NCBI GenBank assembly: GCA_965250285.1
Contig: OZ252299.1
Coordinates: forward strand, 1,280,001-1,344,000
Direction of reading: 5' to 3'
Length of the DNA: 64,000 nt
Origin: Myxococcota bacterium
Lineage (GTDB): Bacteria; Myxococcota_A; UBA9160; UBA4427
Under the pieces are notes generated by a model. It did not search any database and was not told where the DNA came from. It saw only the letters and a program-made list of their open reading frames with translations. The translations under genes and the position numbers were made by a program. Shown here in pieces: positions 12,468 to 22,271 of the stretch; position 1 is the first letter of the stretch, and every line of letters begins with the position of its first letter.

Positions 12468-14576
12468 ATGCCTGAGATTCCCACCTTCTGCAGAGTCTGT
12501 GAGCCGAGCTGCGGCCTCGTGGCGACCGTCGAAGACGGTGCGCTGGTCGGCCTGCGTCCCGACGCCGATCACCCCGTCACCGCGGGTTTCGCCTGCAACA
12601 AGGGCCTCGCCGGGCTCGAGCTGCACCGCGATCCCGATCGCTGCGACTACCCCGAGCGACGACGCGAAGACGGCACCTTCGAGCGCATCAGCTGGGACGA
12701 GGCGATCGAGGGGATCGCGGGGCGGCTGCGCAAAATCCTCGACGAGCATGGGCCGGGTGCGGTCGGCTCGTACGTCGGCAACCCGACAGCGTTCAATGCG
12801 CTCGCGGGTCCGGCGCTGGGCTCGTTCCTCGGTCAGCTCGGCGTGCGCTGGAACTTCAGCTCGGGCACGCAGGACTGCGCGAACAAGTTCGCCGGCAGCG
12901 AGGCCGTCTACGGCACGTCGACCTGTCATCCGATCCCCGACTTCGATCACACGGATCACCTGCTCGTTCTCGGCTCGAACCCGCGCGTCTCGCGGATGAG
13001 CTTCGTCTCGATCGCCGACCCGATGCGCAAGCTGCGTGAGATCGGCGCCCGGGGCGGCGTGGTGCGCTTCGTGAATGCCCGCGAGATCGAAAGCGCGCCG
13101 GGCACGGGTGAGGTCGTGCTGGTGCGGCCCGACAGCGACGTGTACTTGCTCGCCGCCATGATCCACGCGATCGCCGCCTCGGGGCGCATCGATCGCGCCG
13201 TCGTCGAAGCGCACGGCGCTCGCGTCGATGCGTTGCTCGACTTCGCGGCGATGTATCCGCCCGAACGCGTCGCCGACGTCGTCGGCCTCGGCGCCGACCG
13301 CATTCGCGAGTTGGCGTTCGAGTTTGCCGATGCACCGAGCGCCTCGGCGACGATGTCGACCGGGCTCAACATGGGCCGACAGGGGACGCTCGCCTACTGG
13401 CTGGTGCAGATGCTCGTCTTCGTAACCGGCAATCTCGATCGCCGCGGCGGCAACGTCTACGGCGAAGGCTTCTACGCCGGTGCGCCGCGAAGCGGCCGAA
13501 CCGAGCCCGAACGCCACTTCTTCGAGTCGCCGTGGGGGCGGATCCGACGGATCCGCGGCTCGCTGCCGGGCAACCTGATCGCCGACGCGGTGCAGACCGA
13601 CGACAACCCGATGCGAGCCCTGTTCGTGGTGGCCGGCAATCCGCTGCTGACCGTCGGGGGTGAGGAGCGTATGCGTGCCGCCTTCGAACGGCTCGATCTG
13701 CTCGTCACCATTGATCTCTACCGCAACGCGACCGGCCAGCTGGCCGACTATGTCCTGCCTGCGACCGACGGCTTCGAGCGCGACGACCTGAACCTCTGCG
13801 GTCTCGGGCTGCAGCACCAGCCGTTCGTGCAGGTGACCCGGCCCGTCGTCGAGCCGCGGGGCGAGCGCCGGCCCGAGTGGTGGATCTTCGGCCGCCTCGA
13901 GCAGGCGCTCGGCCTGAAGAGCGCGCTCGATCGAGGCGAGCGCCCCGCGCTCTTCTCGCGCCTCGACCATATGTTGCGCGGCACCGGGCTCACGACCGAC
14001 GCGATCGCCGAGGCCCCGAGCGCGACAGCGGTGCTGCCGGGGCGCGAGCCCGGTCGGTTCTACGACGATGTCGTGCAGACCGAGGACGGGCGCGTCGACT
14101 GCTACCCGGCGCTCTTCGAGACCGAGGGCGCGATCGAACGCGCCGGCGCGATCTTCGACGAGCTGGCCCGCGAGACCGAGGGACAGCTCAAGCTGATCAC
14201 GAAGCGCGAGCCGTCGATGCACAACAGCTGGTATCAGAACCTGCCGAAGGTGCGCGGTCGCCGGCATCGCGAGCCGCGCCTCTGGATGCACCCGGAAGAT
14301 GCCGCGGGTCGCGGGCTCGAGGTGGGCGATCGGGTGCGGGTATCGAACGCGTGGGGTGAGATCGAGGTCGAGCTGGCGTTCGACCCGGGGCTCGTGCGGG
14401 GCGCCGCGGCGCTGCCGCATGGCGGCGGCAACGCGCGCACGCCGGCGCTCACCTTTGCGAGTGAGGAGCCCGGAGCCAATGCGAATCGGCTCTTGCCGAG
14501 TGGACCGGGCAGCTTCGAACCGATCAGCGGCCAGGCGTTCATGACCGGGATCCCCATCGAGGTCGAGCGCGTGTAG
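12468..14576 (+). CDS. Molybdopterin-dependent oxidoreductase (DMSO reductase superfamily)
   Basis: N-terminal CRVCEPSC...C [4Fe-4S] motif, ISWDEAI, ADYVLPA, C-terminal LWMHPEDAAGRGL binding domain. Confidence 0.9.
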   Translation: MPEIPTFCRVCEPSCGLVATVEDGALVGLRPDADHPVTAGFACNKGLAGLELHRDPDRCDYPERRREDGTFERISWDEAIEGIAGRLRKILDEHGPGAVGSYVGNPTAFNALAGPALGSFLGQLGVRWNFSSGTQDCANKFAGSEAVYGTSTCHPIPDFDHTDHLLVLGSNPRVSRMSFVSIADPMRKLREIGARGGVVRFVNAREIESAPGTGEVVLVRPDSDVYLLAAMIHAIAASGRIDRAVVEAHGARVDALLDFAAMYPPERVADVVGLGADRIRELAFEFADAPSASATMSTGLNMGRQGTLAYWLVQMLVFVTGNLDRRGGNVYGEGFYAGAPRSGRTEPERHFFESPWGRIRRIRGSLPGNLIADAVQTDDNPMRALFVVAGNPLLTVGGEERMRAAFERLDLLVTIDLYRNATGQLADYVLPATDGFERDDLNLCGLGLQHQPFVQVTRPVVEPRGERRPEWWIFGRLEQALGLKSALDRGERPALFSRLDHMLRGTGLTTDAIAEAPSATAVLPGREPGRFYDDVVQTEDGRVDCYPALFETEGAIERAGAIFDELARETEGQLKLITKREPSMHNSWYQNLPKVRGRRHREPRLWMHPEDAAGRGLEVGDRVRVSNAWGEIEVELAFDPGLVRGAAALPHGGGNARTPALTFASEEPGANANRLLPSGPGSFEPISGQAFMTGIPIEVERV

Positions 14577-14643
14577 TCGAGCGCTGCACTGGGCCAGACC
14601 GAGAGCGCGATGGATCATCGAGCGGTGCGTCGTTCGCGTCTGC

Positions 14644-15915
14644 TCAGTGAGACTCGATGGGCTCCTGGAGGGTCACGTCGAGCCCGGTCAGCATCCAGCG
14701 TCCCGTCTTCGACTCGACGATGAGCTCTGCGCGCACGCGATTGCGTCGGGTGTGCGCGAGGCCCCAGTGTCGGTCCGAGCCTTCCACGACCCACGTCGCG
14801 TCGGCGGCGAACCCATCTTCCCATGTCGCGGTCACCTCGAGCGCTTCGAGCGCGACGTTCTTCAGCTTGGCGTGGGCGCCGCCCTGATTCGCGAGCACCA
14901 GGCCGCGCCGGGTCTCGGCGTCAATTCGCTCGAGTAGATCGCCCGATGCGCTCTGCGCGAGTGTGTCGTAGACGCGCGCCTCGTCGCGGTGGTCGAACGC
15001 GCGGTAGACGTTGTGGAGCAGGGCGTGCACGACGTCGTGGCCGCGTTCGGCGTCGACCCGGACACGGCCACCGAACCAGAACGCGGCACCGGTGAGCGCC
15101 GCGACGAGGATCGCGATGGGCGCCCGCCGCCGCATGTCGCGGATGCTCCAGAGCAGCACCCCCGATGCGAGGATCAGCAGCCCCCACGCTCCGTCGGCCG
15201 CCAGCCGCTCGAGGGGGCTTGGTGGGGGCACGACTTCGACGAGCGTCGGCAGCTCGGGCAACGGCCGGGGTCTCTTCCACTCGAGCGTCGGCTCATCGCG
15301 GTCGAGCAGCGTGGCCTTCGATCCAGCGCGATCGAACGAGACCGCACGGATCTGGTCGAGCGGCTCTCGGAAGAGCTCCCACTCGAGGGCCACGTGCTCG
15401 GGGAGGTCGGCGGTCGGGTAGACGAAGACCGCGCCGAGGATCGCGCTGTGCACGTCGAGCGCTTCGGGTGGTTCGATCACCCGGCTCGTGCCCGGCCTGC
15501 GCTCGAGGAAGTGGATGCGCGCGAGGTCGCCGTTCGCCGGCTCTCCGTCGATCTCGACGGGGAGGTGGTCGGCCAGGAACGCGCCCGCGCGGCGCTTCAG
15601 CTCGGACTGCTGCTCCACCGGGATCGTGTCGCGGCCCCCGAGGTCGAGGTCGACCCACTGTTGCAGGTCGAATGGACGCATGACGATCTCCATGCGCACC
15701 TCGTCGGGATGGACGTAGAGAAAAGCGGACGTCGCTGCATCTTCGAGTGACCCAACCGCGATTTCGTCGCGCACCACGCGCTCGCTCGGTTCGATCGACC
15801 CGATGGTGGCGTCGGCGCGAGCCTCGGGCGGCACGACGAACAGGACCGCCCACACGGCGAGCCACGGCCAGCGCAGCCGATTGGCGCCAGAACAATCAAG
15901 GCGGCGGGACTTCAC
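14644..15915 (-). CDS. Hypothetical membrane-anchored exported protein
   Basis: Signal-like N-terminus, two TM helices, C-terminal domain with LLHNVYRAFD; start uncertain. Confidence 0.7.
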   Translation of the reverse strand: MKSRRLDCSGANRLRWPWLAVWAVLFVVPPEARADATIGSIEPSERVVRDEIAVGSLEDAATSAFLYVHPDEVRMEIVMRPFDLQQWVDLDLGGRDTIPVEQQSELKRRAGAFLADHLPVEIDGEPANGDLARIHFLERRPGTSRVIEPPEALDVHSAILGAVFVYPTADLPEHVALEWELFREPLDQIRAVSFDRAGSKATLLDRDEPTLEWKRPRPLPELPTLVEVVPPPSPLERLAADGAWGLLILASGVLLWSIRDMRRRAPIAILVAALTGAAFWFGGRVRVDAERGHDVVHALLHNVYRAFDHRDEARVYDTLAQSASGDLLERIDAETRRGLVLANQGGAHAKLKNVALEALEVTATWEDGFAADATWVVEGSDRHWGLAHTRRNRVRAELIVESKTGRWMLTGLDVTLQEPIESH

Positions 15916-15933
15916 GCGGCGGCGTCGACGGAT

Positions 15934-16935
15934 TCAGCTCGGTCCATCGCGGATCAGGCCCTGCTCGGTGAAGTAGCGCAGTGCGCCAGGATGCACCGGG
16001 GCGACCATGCCTCGCACCATCTGCTTCGGGCCCAGACCGCGCAGTACCGGGTCGAATCGGCCGAGCTCTCCCACGTTCTCGAACACGGTCTTGGTGACCT
16101 CGTAGACGAGATCGTCGGGCGCGCTCGCAGACGTGACGAAGACGGTCTTGACTCCGACCGTCTCGACGTCGGTCTCGTTCTCGATGCCGGGGTAGAGCTC
16201 GGGTGAGATCGTGACCCGGTTGTAGAAGGGCTGGCGACGAGCGACCTCGTCGGCGTGCTCGACGGGGACGAGCCGCGCGCGCGGCATCGAGTTCACGGCG
16301 AAGAGGATGTCACTCGTCGGGTGACCGACGGTGGTGAAGAACGCGTCGAGGTCACCGCGCAGGTACATGGCCGAGCGCTCGTCGGGTTTCGCCTCGCTGA
16401 TCTGCGACTGCTCTCGCCAGTCGGCGCGAATCGCATCGAGCACGTGCACGGCGTTGCTGTTCGCGCCCGACTCGGCGTGCCCGATGTCGACGCGGCGTCC
16501 GATCAGATCGGCGGCCGACACGATCCCCGAGTCTCGCGTAGCCACGATCGTGACGGCCTCGGTATAAAGCGTGAAGACCGATCTCAGCTCGCGCTGGGGG
16601 CCGCGCTCGGCCCAGGGGCCCGTGCCGTCCACCGCGTCGAACTCGACGTCGGCCTGGGCGAGACCGAACGTGACGTCGCCCGAGAGCACGCCGTCGATGT
16701 TCGCGACCGAGCCCGAGGTCGGGACATCGCTCAGGCGCATGCCCGAATCGGGGTTCTTTTGGTTCACCACCCGGGCGATCGCCGTCGCGGTGGCCGAGTA
16801 GCTCCCGGCCGTGCTGCCCGAGCCGATGCCGACCACCGTCGGCTTGCGCTCGGTGCACGCGACCGCCGCGAGCAGCAGAGCTGCCACGGCGACGATCGCC
16901 GTGCGGCGGTCCCAAGATTCGATTCGTGCGCGCAT
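15934..16935 (-). CDS. TAXI family TRAP transporter solute-binding lipoprotein
   Basis: Lipobox-like LAAVAC, IGSGSTAGSY, TSGSVANI, AQADV, PVHPGALRYFTE. Confidence 0.9.
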   Translation of the reverse strand: MRARIESWDRRTAIVAVAALLLAAVACTERKPTVVGIGSGSTAGSYSATATAIARVVNQKNPDSGMRLSDVPTSGSVANIDGVLSGDVTFGLAQADVEFDAVDGTGPWAERGPQRELRSVFTLYTEAVTIVATRDSGIVSAADLIGRRVDIGHAESGANSNAVHVLDAIRADWREQSQISEAKPDERSAMYLRGDLDAFFTTVGHPTSDILFAVNSMPRARLVPVEHADEVARRQPFYNRVTISPELYPGIENETDVETVGVKTVFVTSASAPDDLVYEVTKTVFENVGELGRFDPVLRGLGPKQMVRGMVAPVHPGALRYFTEQGLIRDGPS

Positions 16936-16964
16936 CTTCCCCCCGATTCGATCCGTCGGCTGCA

Positions 16965-18536
16965 TCACAGCACCCGCGTCTCGTGGCCCTTCCAGTACTC
17001 GTCCTTGAGCAGCCGCTTGTAGAGCTTGCCGGTCGGATGCCTCGGCAGCTCCTCGCGAAAGTCGATGCTGCGTGGACACTTGACGTCGGCCAGATGGTCG
17101 CGGCAGTAGGCGACCAGCTCACGCTCGAGCGCCTCGCTCGCTTCGCTCATGTCGATGGGCTGGACGACCGCCTTCACCTCTTCGCCGAAGTCGGTGTTCG
17201 GGACGCCGAAGACGGCGACGTCCTGCACCTTCGGGTGCATGGTCAGCACGTTCTCGGCCTCTTGCGGGTAGATGTTCACGCCCCCGCTGATGATCATGTT
17301 CGCCTTGCGGTCGGTCAGGTAGAGAAAGCCGTCTTCGTCGAGCTTGCCGATGTCGCCGAGTGTGCTCCAGTCGCCGAGATAGCTGTTCGCCGTCTTCTCC
17401 GGGTCGTTGTGGTACTCGAATGCGCTGCCGCCGGCGGGTGTGGGCGACTCGAAGTAGATGCCGCCTTCCTCGCCGACGCCGAGCTCGTGGCCTTCGTCGT
17501 CGACGATGTGGATCGTGCAGTTGATCGGCTTGCCCACGCTGCCGGGGTGCGCGAGCCAGTCACCCGGCGAGCAGTAGACGAAGCCGTTGCCCTCGGTGCC
17601 CGCGTAGTACTCGTGGATCACCTCGCCCCACCACTCGAGCATCTTGCGCTTCACGTCGACGGGGCAGGGCGCGGCCGCGTGCACCGCCATCTTCAGGCTC
17701 GACACGTCGTAGCGAGCCCGGGTTTCTTCGGGCAGCTTGAGCATGCGGACGAACATCGTCGGGACCCACTGGCTGTGCGTGACCCGGTGCTGCTCGATGG
17801 CGGCGAGGGCGCCCTCGGCGTCGAAGTGCTCCATCACGACGATCGTCGCGCCGACGCGAAGGAACTGGGTGCAGTAGCGCAGAGGCGCCGAGTGGTAGAG
17901 CGGCGCGGGGGACAGATAGACGCTCTCGTCGTTCGCACCAAAGAGCCCGGCGATCAGGCCGAGAAGCGCCTCGCCGCTGCCGAGCGGCTTGCCCGGCACC
18001 GTGAGCTTGACGCCCTTCGGGCGACCGGTCGTGCCCGACGAGTACAGCATCGGCAGCGACTCGATGCGGCCATCGAGCGGCTCGTTCGATTGTGCGGCGA
18101 TCGCGTCTTCGAACGATGCGAAGCCGGGCAGATCGCCGCCCACCGAGAGCTTGACGTCGAGGCGCTCGAGGGCGGGCGCGATCGCATCGATCACGTCGGC
18201 TTTGTACGGGCTGGTGATGAAGGCGCGGCTGCCGCTGTCCTCGATGATGTAGGCGATCTCGTCTGCCGTGAGCCGAGAGCTGATGGCGGTGTAGTAGAGC
18301 CCCGCATAGTGAGCGCCCCACATGATCGGCAGATACTCCGCACGATTCTCCATGCAGAAGGCCATGTGATCGCCGGGCTTCAGGCCCGCGTCACGGAACA
18401 CGCGCGAGAGGCGATTCGCCATGTCGTCGAGCTGGGCGTAGGTCACGACATCGCCGGTCTCGTGCATCACGATGGCCGGCTTGTCGGGTGTCTTCGCGGC
18501 CCAGGTGCCGGGGTAGAACTCGGGTGCATCGCTCAT
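16965..18536 (-). CDS. Acyl-CoA synthetase (AMP-binding)
   Basis: MLYSSGTTGRPKGV, PLYHSAP, EYYAGTE, DRKANMIISGGVNIYPQE, PTGKLYKR. Confidence 0.93.
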   Translation of the reverse strand: MSDAPEFYPGTWAAKTPDKPAIVMHETGDVVTYAQLDDMANRLSRVFRDAGLKPGDHMAFCMENRAEYLPIMWGAHYAGLYYTAISSRLTADEIAYIIEDSGSRAFITSPYKADVIDAIAPALERLDVKLSVGGDLPGFASFEDAIAAQSNEPLDGRIESLPMLYSSGTTGRPKGVKLTVPGKPLGSGEALLGLIAGLFGANDESVYLSPAPLYHSAPLRYCTQFLRVGATIVVMEHFDAEGALAAIEQHRVTHSQWVPTMFVRMLKLPEETRARYDVSSLKMAVHAAAPCPVDVKRKMLEWWGEVIHEYYAGTEGNGFVYCSPGDWLAHPGSVGKPINCTIHIVDDEGHELGVGEEGGIYFESPTPAGGSAFEYHNDPEKTANSYLGDWSTLGDIGKLDEDGFLYLTDRKANMIISGGVNIYPQEAENVLTMHPKVQDVAVFGVPNTDFGEEVKAVVQPIDMSEASEALERELVAYCRDHLADVKCPRSIDFREELPRHPTGKLYKRLLKDEYWKGHETRVL

Positions 18537-18573
18537 CGGGCGCTCCTCGTGCGCCGCGAGACCGGCGCGCCGG

Positions 18574-19164
18574 TCAGGTGTAGCGAAGTCGGCGTACGCC
18601 TCGCCCGAGTGCGACGAGACCCAGCGCGAGGAGCAGCGCCGTGCTCGGCTCGGGGATCGGTGTGCTCGTCACGATGATGTCGCCGGCGGACCAGAGTTCG
18701 AGGGGCGCCGTGAGGTTCGACGCGATCGTGACGTGAAAGGGGTCGGCGCTGAATCTCGTGTCGCCGTCGGCGAAGGGTTCGCAGCCCCCCGCGCAGAGCT
18801 CGACGTGGCCCATGCCGACGTCGAGCTGCACCGACGCGTCGACGACGACGTCGCCGTTCGCGCGCCAGTCGAGGCCGGGCGCCGAGAAGACGCCCGACGG
18901 CACGTGGACCACCATCAAGCCAGCGGTCGAGATCGGCGTGCCCAGCGTCGATGGGCCGAGCACCACGTGGAACACGCCGCCCGGATCGATCGGGCCGATG
19001 CCGCCCGGATCGATTGGGCCGATGCCGATCGGTGGCGCGAGCTCGGCCGGCGGCAGGCCCGGGGAAGAGCCGCACGGCGCGAAGCAGATCGTGATCGCCG
19101 ACGCGGCGGGGGGCATCCCCGTCAGGGCGAGCAGCGTGACGAGCGTTGCGAAGGAAGGGCGCAT
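18574..19164 (-). CDS. PEP-CTERM sorting domain protein
   Basis: Signal peptide MRPSFATLVTLLALTGMPPAASA; C-terminus PIPEPSTALLLALGLVALGRGVRR. Confidence 0.85.
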   Translation of the reverse strand: MRPSFATLVTLLALTGMPPAASAITICFAPCGSSPGLPPAELAPPIGIGPIDPGGIGPIDPGGVFHVVLGPSTLGTPISTAGLMVVHVPSGVFSAPGLDWRANGDVVVDASVQLDVGMGHVELCAGGCEPFADGDTRFSADPFHVTIASNLTAPLELWSAGDIIVTSTPIPEPSTALLLALGLVALGRGVRRLRYT

Positions 19165-19239
19165 GGAGGAGTGTGGTCCGGCGGCCTCGAAAATGGCACG
19201 CCCAACTCGAGCGCGTCCCGTGAATGGAGGAAGACCGTG

Positions 19240-19899
19240 ATGGCCCAGATCGACCTCTACGAAGCGATGTCGACGACACGGGCCGTGCGCCGTCTGCGCC
19301 CAGACCCGATCCCCGACGCCGTGCTCGAGCGCGTGCTGCAGGCCGCGACCTGGGCGCCCTCGGGCGGCAATCGGCAGGCGTGGCAAATCGTCGTCGTACG
19401 CGACGCAGCCACGAAGGCGCAGCTGGGCGCGTGGTACGCCGAAGGTTGGTCGCGCTACCGCGCGCATCAAGAAAAGCCGCTCGCTGCGGCGCCGCCCGAC
19501 ATCGCAGCGCGCGCGCGGCGTTCGCTCGACGCCGGTAGCCATCTCGCCGAGCACTTCGCCCAGACACCGGTCGTGCTCGTCGTCTGCTTCGACCCGAACG
19601 GTCTCGCCGTGACCGATGCCGGGCTCGACCGCGTGAGCGTGGTGGGCGGCGGCTCGATCTATCCCGCGGTGCAGAACCTGCTGCTCGCCTGCCGGGCCGA
19701 GGGGCTCGGTAGCGTGCTGACGACGTTGCTCTGTGCGCGCGAGGCCGACGTCAAGGCGCTGCTCGAGATTCCGGACGAGTGGGGCACGGCCGCCACGATC
19801 CCGATCGGGTACCCGGTGGGCCGGGGGCATGGACCGCTTCGGCGCCGCGGCGTCGAAGAAACGGTGTTTGCCGACCGTTGGGGTCGCGCATGGACCTGA
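19240..19899 (+). CDS. Nitroreductase family protein
   Basis: TTRAVRRL, APSGGNRQAW, SIYPAVQNLLLACRAEGLG, IPIGYP; RBS GGAGG. Confidence 0.9.
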   Translation: MAQIDLYEAMSTTRAVRRLRPDPIPDAVLERVLQAATWAPSGGNRQAWQIVVVRDAATKAQLGAWYAEGWSRYRAHQEKPLAAAPPDIAARARRSLDAGSHLAEHFAQTPVVLVVCFDPNGLAVTDAGLDRVSVVGGGSIYPAVQNLLLACRAEGLGSVLTTLLCAREADVKALLEIPDEWGTAATIPIGYPVGRGHGPLRRRGVEETVFADRWGRAWT

Positions 19900-19948
19900 A
19901 GGTGCGCGCTGCCGAGGCACAGTGTCGATCGAGTAAGCTCGTTCCCCC

Positions 19949-21367
19949 ATGACGAGCTTCGACGAACGCCTCAGCGCGAGCCTCGCGCGCTCGATCCCCG
20001 ACTTCGATCGGCTCGTGAAGGCGAGGCGTCTGAGCGGCGGCGCGAGCCAGGCGACCTACCGCGTCGAGATCGAGACGACCCGAGGGCCCCGCACGCTCGC
20101 CGTGCGACGGTCGGCTCTCGGCGGGGCGACGCTCAACGAGGGGCCGGGCATCGAGGGCGAGGCCGAGCTCTTTCGTGTCGCGCGCGCGGCGGGGGTCCCC
20201 GAACCCGAGATCCACCACGTGTTCACGCCCGACGAGGAGCTGGGCGAAGGCTTCGTGATGGAGTGGCTCGATGGGGAGACGGTGGGCAGCCGGATCCTGC
20301 GCTCCCCCGATCTCGAGGCGGTGCGCCCGAAGCTCGCGCGACAGTGCGGCGAGATTCTCGCGCGGATCCACGGCATCGATCCCGCCTCGACCGGCCTCGA
20401 CCAGCGGCTCAAGACCGTGACGACCGAGGCCTTCGTGCGTGAGGTCTGGGAGCGGTACCAATCGTTCGGCACGTCGATGCCGATGATCGACTACACCGCG
20501 CGCTGGCTGCTCGATCACCTGCCTGACGAAGCCGCACCTCGGCTGGTTCACAACGACTTTCGCAACGGCAACATCATGGTCGCGCCGGAGGGCGTCGTCG
20601 CCGTGCTCGACTGGGAGCTCGCCCACCTCGGCGACCCGGTGCGCGACATCGGCTGGATCTGCACGAACTCGTGGCGCTTCGGTCGGTACGAGCACCCTGT
20701 CGGTGGCTTCGGTCGGCTCGAGGACCTGCTCGACGGTTACGAGCACGTCTCGGGCGTACGGGTGCCCGCCGAACACGTGCACTTCTGGGAGGTGTTCGGA
20801 TCGTTCTGGTGGGCCGCCTCGAGCCTCGCCATGGCCGCGTTCTGGCGGGCGGGCGCCGACAAGACGGTCGAGCGGCCGGGCATCGCCCGCCGCAGCAGCG
20901 AGTGTCAGGTCGACTGCGCGAACCTGATCATCCCCGGTCCCGTCGAGCTCGTCGAATCGAGCCCCGTCGCGACGAGCGTCGACATGCCGCGGGCCGACGA
21001 GCTGCTCACCAGCGTGCGCGACTTCTTGCGCGAGGACGCGCGCAAGGCCCTCGACGGGCGCAATGCCTTCCTGGCGCTCGTCGCGTCGAACTCCCTCGAC
21101 ATCGTGCTGCGCGAGCTCGAACGTGGCCCCGCGCATCTGCAGGGGGAGCTCGCTCGGCTCCAGGCGTTGTACGCCAGCGACGAGGGGCTCGAACCGCTGC
21201 GCGCTCGCCTGTGCGCCGAGCTTCGTGCGGGCGAGATCGCGCTCGATGCGCCGGGGCTGGCGGCGCACCTGCGCACGACCGCGGCGAATCAGCTCGCGAT
21301 CGATCAGCCGAAGTACTCCGGGCTCGCCGCCGCGCTGGCGTTCGACAACGAGGAGGGGGCGGCGTGA
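19949..21367 (+). CDS. APH-family phosphotransferase with C-terminal DUF6285-like domain (LvaA-LvaB-like fusion)
   Basis: LSGGASQ, LVHNDFRNGN, VLDWELAHLGDP; C-terminus NQLAIDQPKY. Confidence 0.85.
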   Translation: MTSFDERLSASLARSIPDFDRLVKARRLSGGASQATYRVEIETTRGPRTLAVRRSALGGATLNEGPGIEGEAELFRVARAAGVPEPEIHHVFTPDEELGEGFVMEWLDGETVGSRILRSPDLEAVRPKLARQCGEILARIHGIDPASTGLDQRLKTVTTEAFVREVWERYQSFGTSMPMIDYTARWLLDHLPDEAAPRLVHNDFRNGNIMVAPEGVVAVLDWELAHLGDPVRDIGWICTNSWRFGRYEHPVGGFGRLEDLLDGYEHVSGVRVPAEHVHFWEVFGSFWWAASSLAMAAFWRAGADKTVERPGIARRSSECQVDCANLIIPGPVELVESSPVATSVDMPRADELLTSVRDFLREDARKALDGRNAFLALVASNSLDIVLRELERGPAHLQGELARLQALYASDEGLEPLRARLCAELRAGEIALDAPGLAAHLRTTAANQLAIDQPKYSGLAAALAFDNEEGAA

Positions 21368-21816
21368 TCCCCGACCTCGAGGCGATGGAGGCACTCGTCG
21401 GGCATCGGTTTCCGGGTGGGCGTTACCGCATCGAACACTGGGAGAACTTTCTGCTGAGCGACGCCACCGGCGTCGCGCCCCTGCCGGACGGTCTCGCGCA
21501 CCCCGTGCACCTGTTTCACGTGCCGATCAGCGGTTCGGGGACGAGCATCACCGAGCTGTTCAAGCTGGCGCAGGCGCAGCGGGCGGCGCCGGTCAGCATC
21601 GACTACTACGACTGGAAGATTCACGCGCCCCTGCGCGAGAACGAGCTCTACGCCCTCGATGGGGGGATCACCGCCGTCGAGCGCACCGAGCGCGAGAGCG
21701 CCCCGACCGTCGACTCGTTCACGTACGAGATCGACGTGCGCGACGCATCGGGTTCGCTCGCCGCCGAGGTGGCCTTTCGGTGGCACTTCTGGCGGCTCGG
21801 AGGCACCCCCTCATGA
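21364..21816 (+). CDS. Hypothetical protein, probable hot-dog (MaoC N-terminal-like) fold
   Basis: GTG overlaps the upstream stop; predicted beta-strand pattern; lies next to a MaoC gene. Confidence 0.6.
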   Translation: MIPDLEAMEALVGHRFPGGRYRIEHWENFLLSDATGVAPLPDGLAHPVHLFHVPISGSGTSITELFKLAQAQRAAPVSIDYYDWKIHAPLRENELYALDGGITAVERTERESAPTVDSFTYEIDVRDASGSLAAEVAFRWHFWRLGGTPS

Positions 21817-21850
21817 TCCGCGGGGGCGAGCGGCCGAGGGGAGACGCGTC

Positions 21851-22270
21851 GTGAACGTCGAAGTGGGCGATTCGATCCCGCCTTTCGTGATGGAGCGAGT
21901 CAGCGCCGACCGAATGAAGACGGTGGCGGCGATCTTGCGTGACCCGACGCCCATTCACTGGGACCGCGATGCGACCCGGGCGCTCGGTCTCGACGGGCGA
22001 CTGCTCAACCAGAGCCCGATCAACCTCGGGTACATCGTGAACATGCTGATCGCCTGGGCCGGGCCGACGTGCCTGCGGCGCATTCGAACCGAGTTTCCGC
22101 AGCCGGTCTTCGACGGCGATCGGGCCGAGGCGGGTGGGCGGGTCGTCGCCGTGACGCGAGAAGGCGACGAGCGCGTAGCCGAGTGCGAGGTCTGGCTCGA
22201 TCGCGCAGACGGCACGCGCAACGTCGCCGCCCGGGCCTGGGTGGCCGTGCCCGAAGCAGGAGGAAGCTGA
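21851..22270 (+). CDS. MaoC family dehydratase
   Basis: DPTPIHWD motif and PVFDGD strand. Confidence 0.8.
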   Translation: MNVEVGDSIPPFVMERVSADRMKTVAAILRDPTPIHWDRDATRALGLDGRLLNQSPINLGYIVNMLIAWAGPTCLRRIRTEFPQPVFDGDRAEAGGRVVAVTREGDERVAECEVWLDRADGTRNVAARAWVAVPEAGGS

Positions 22271-22271
22271 C

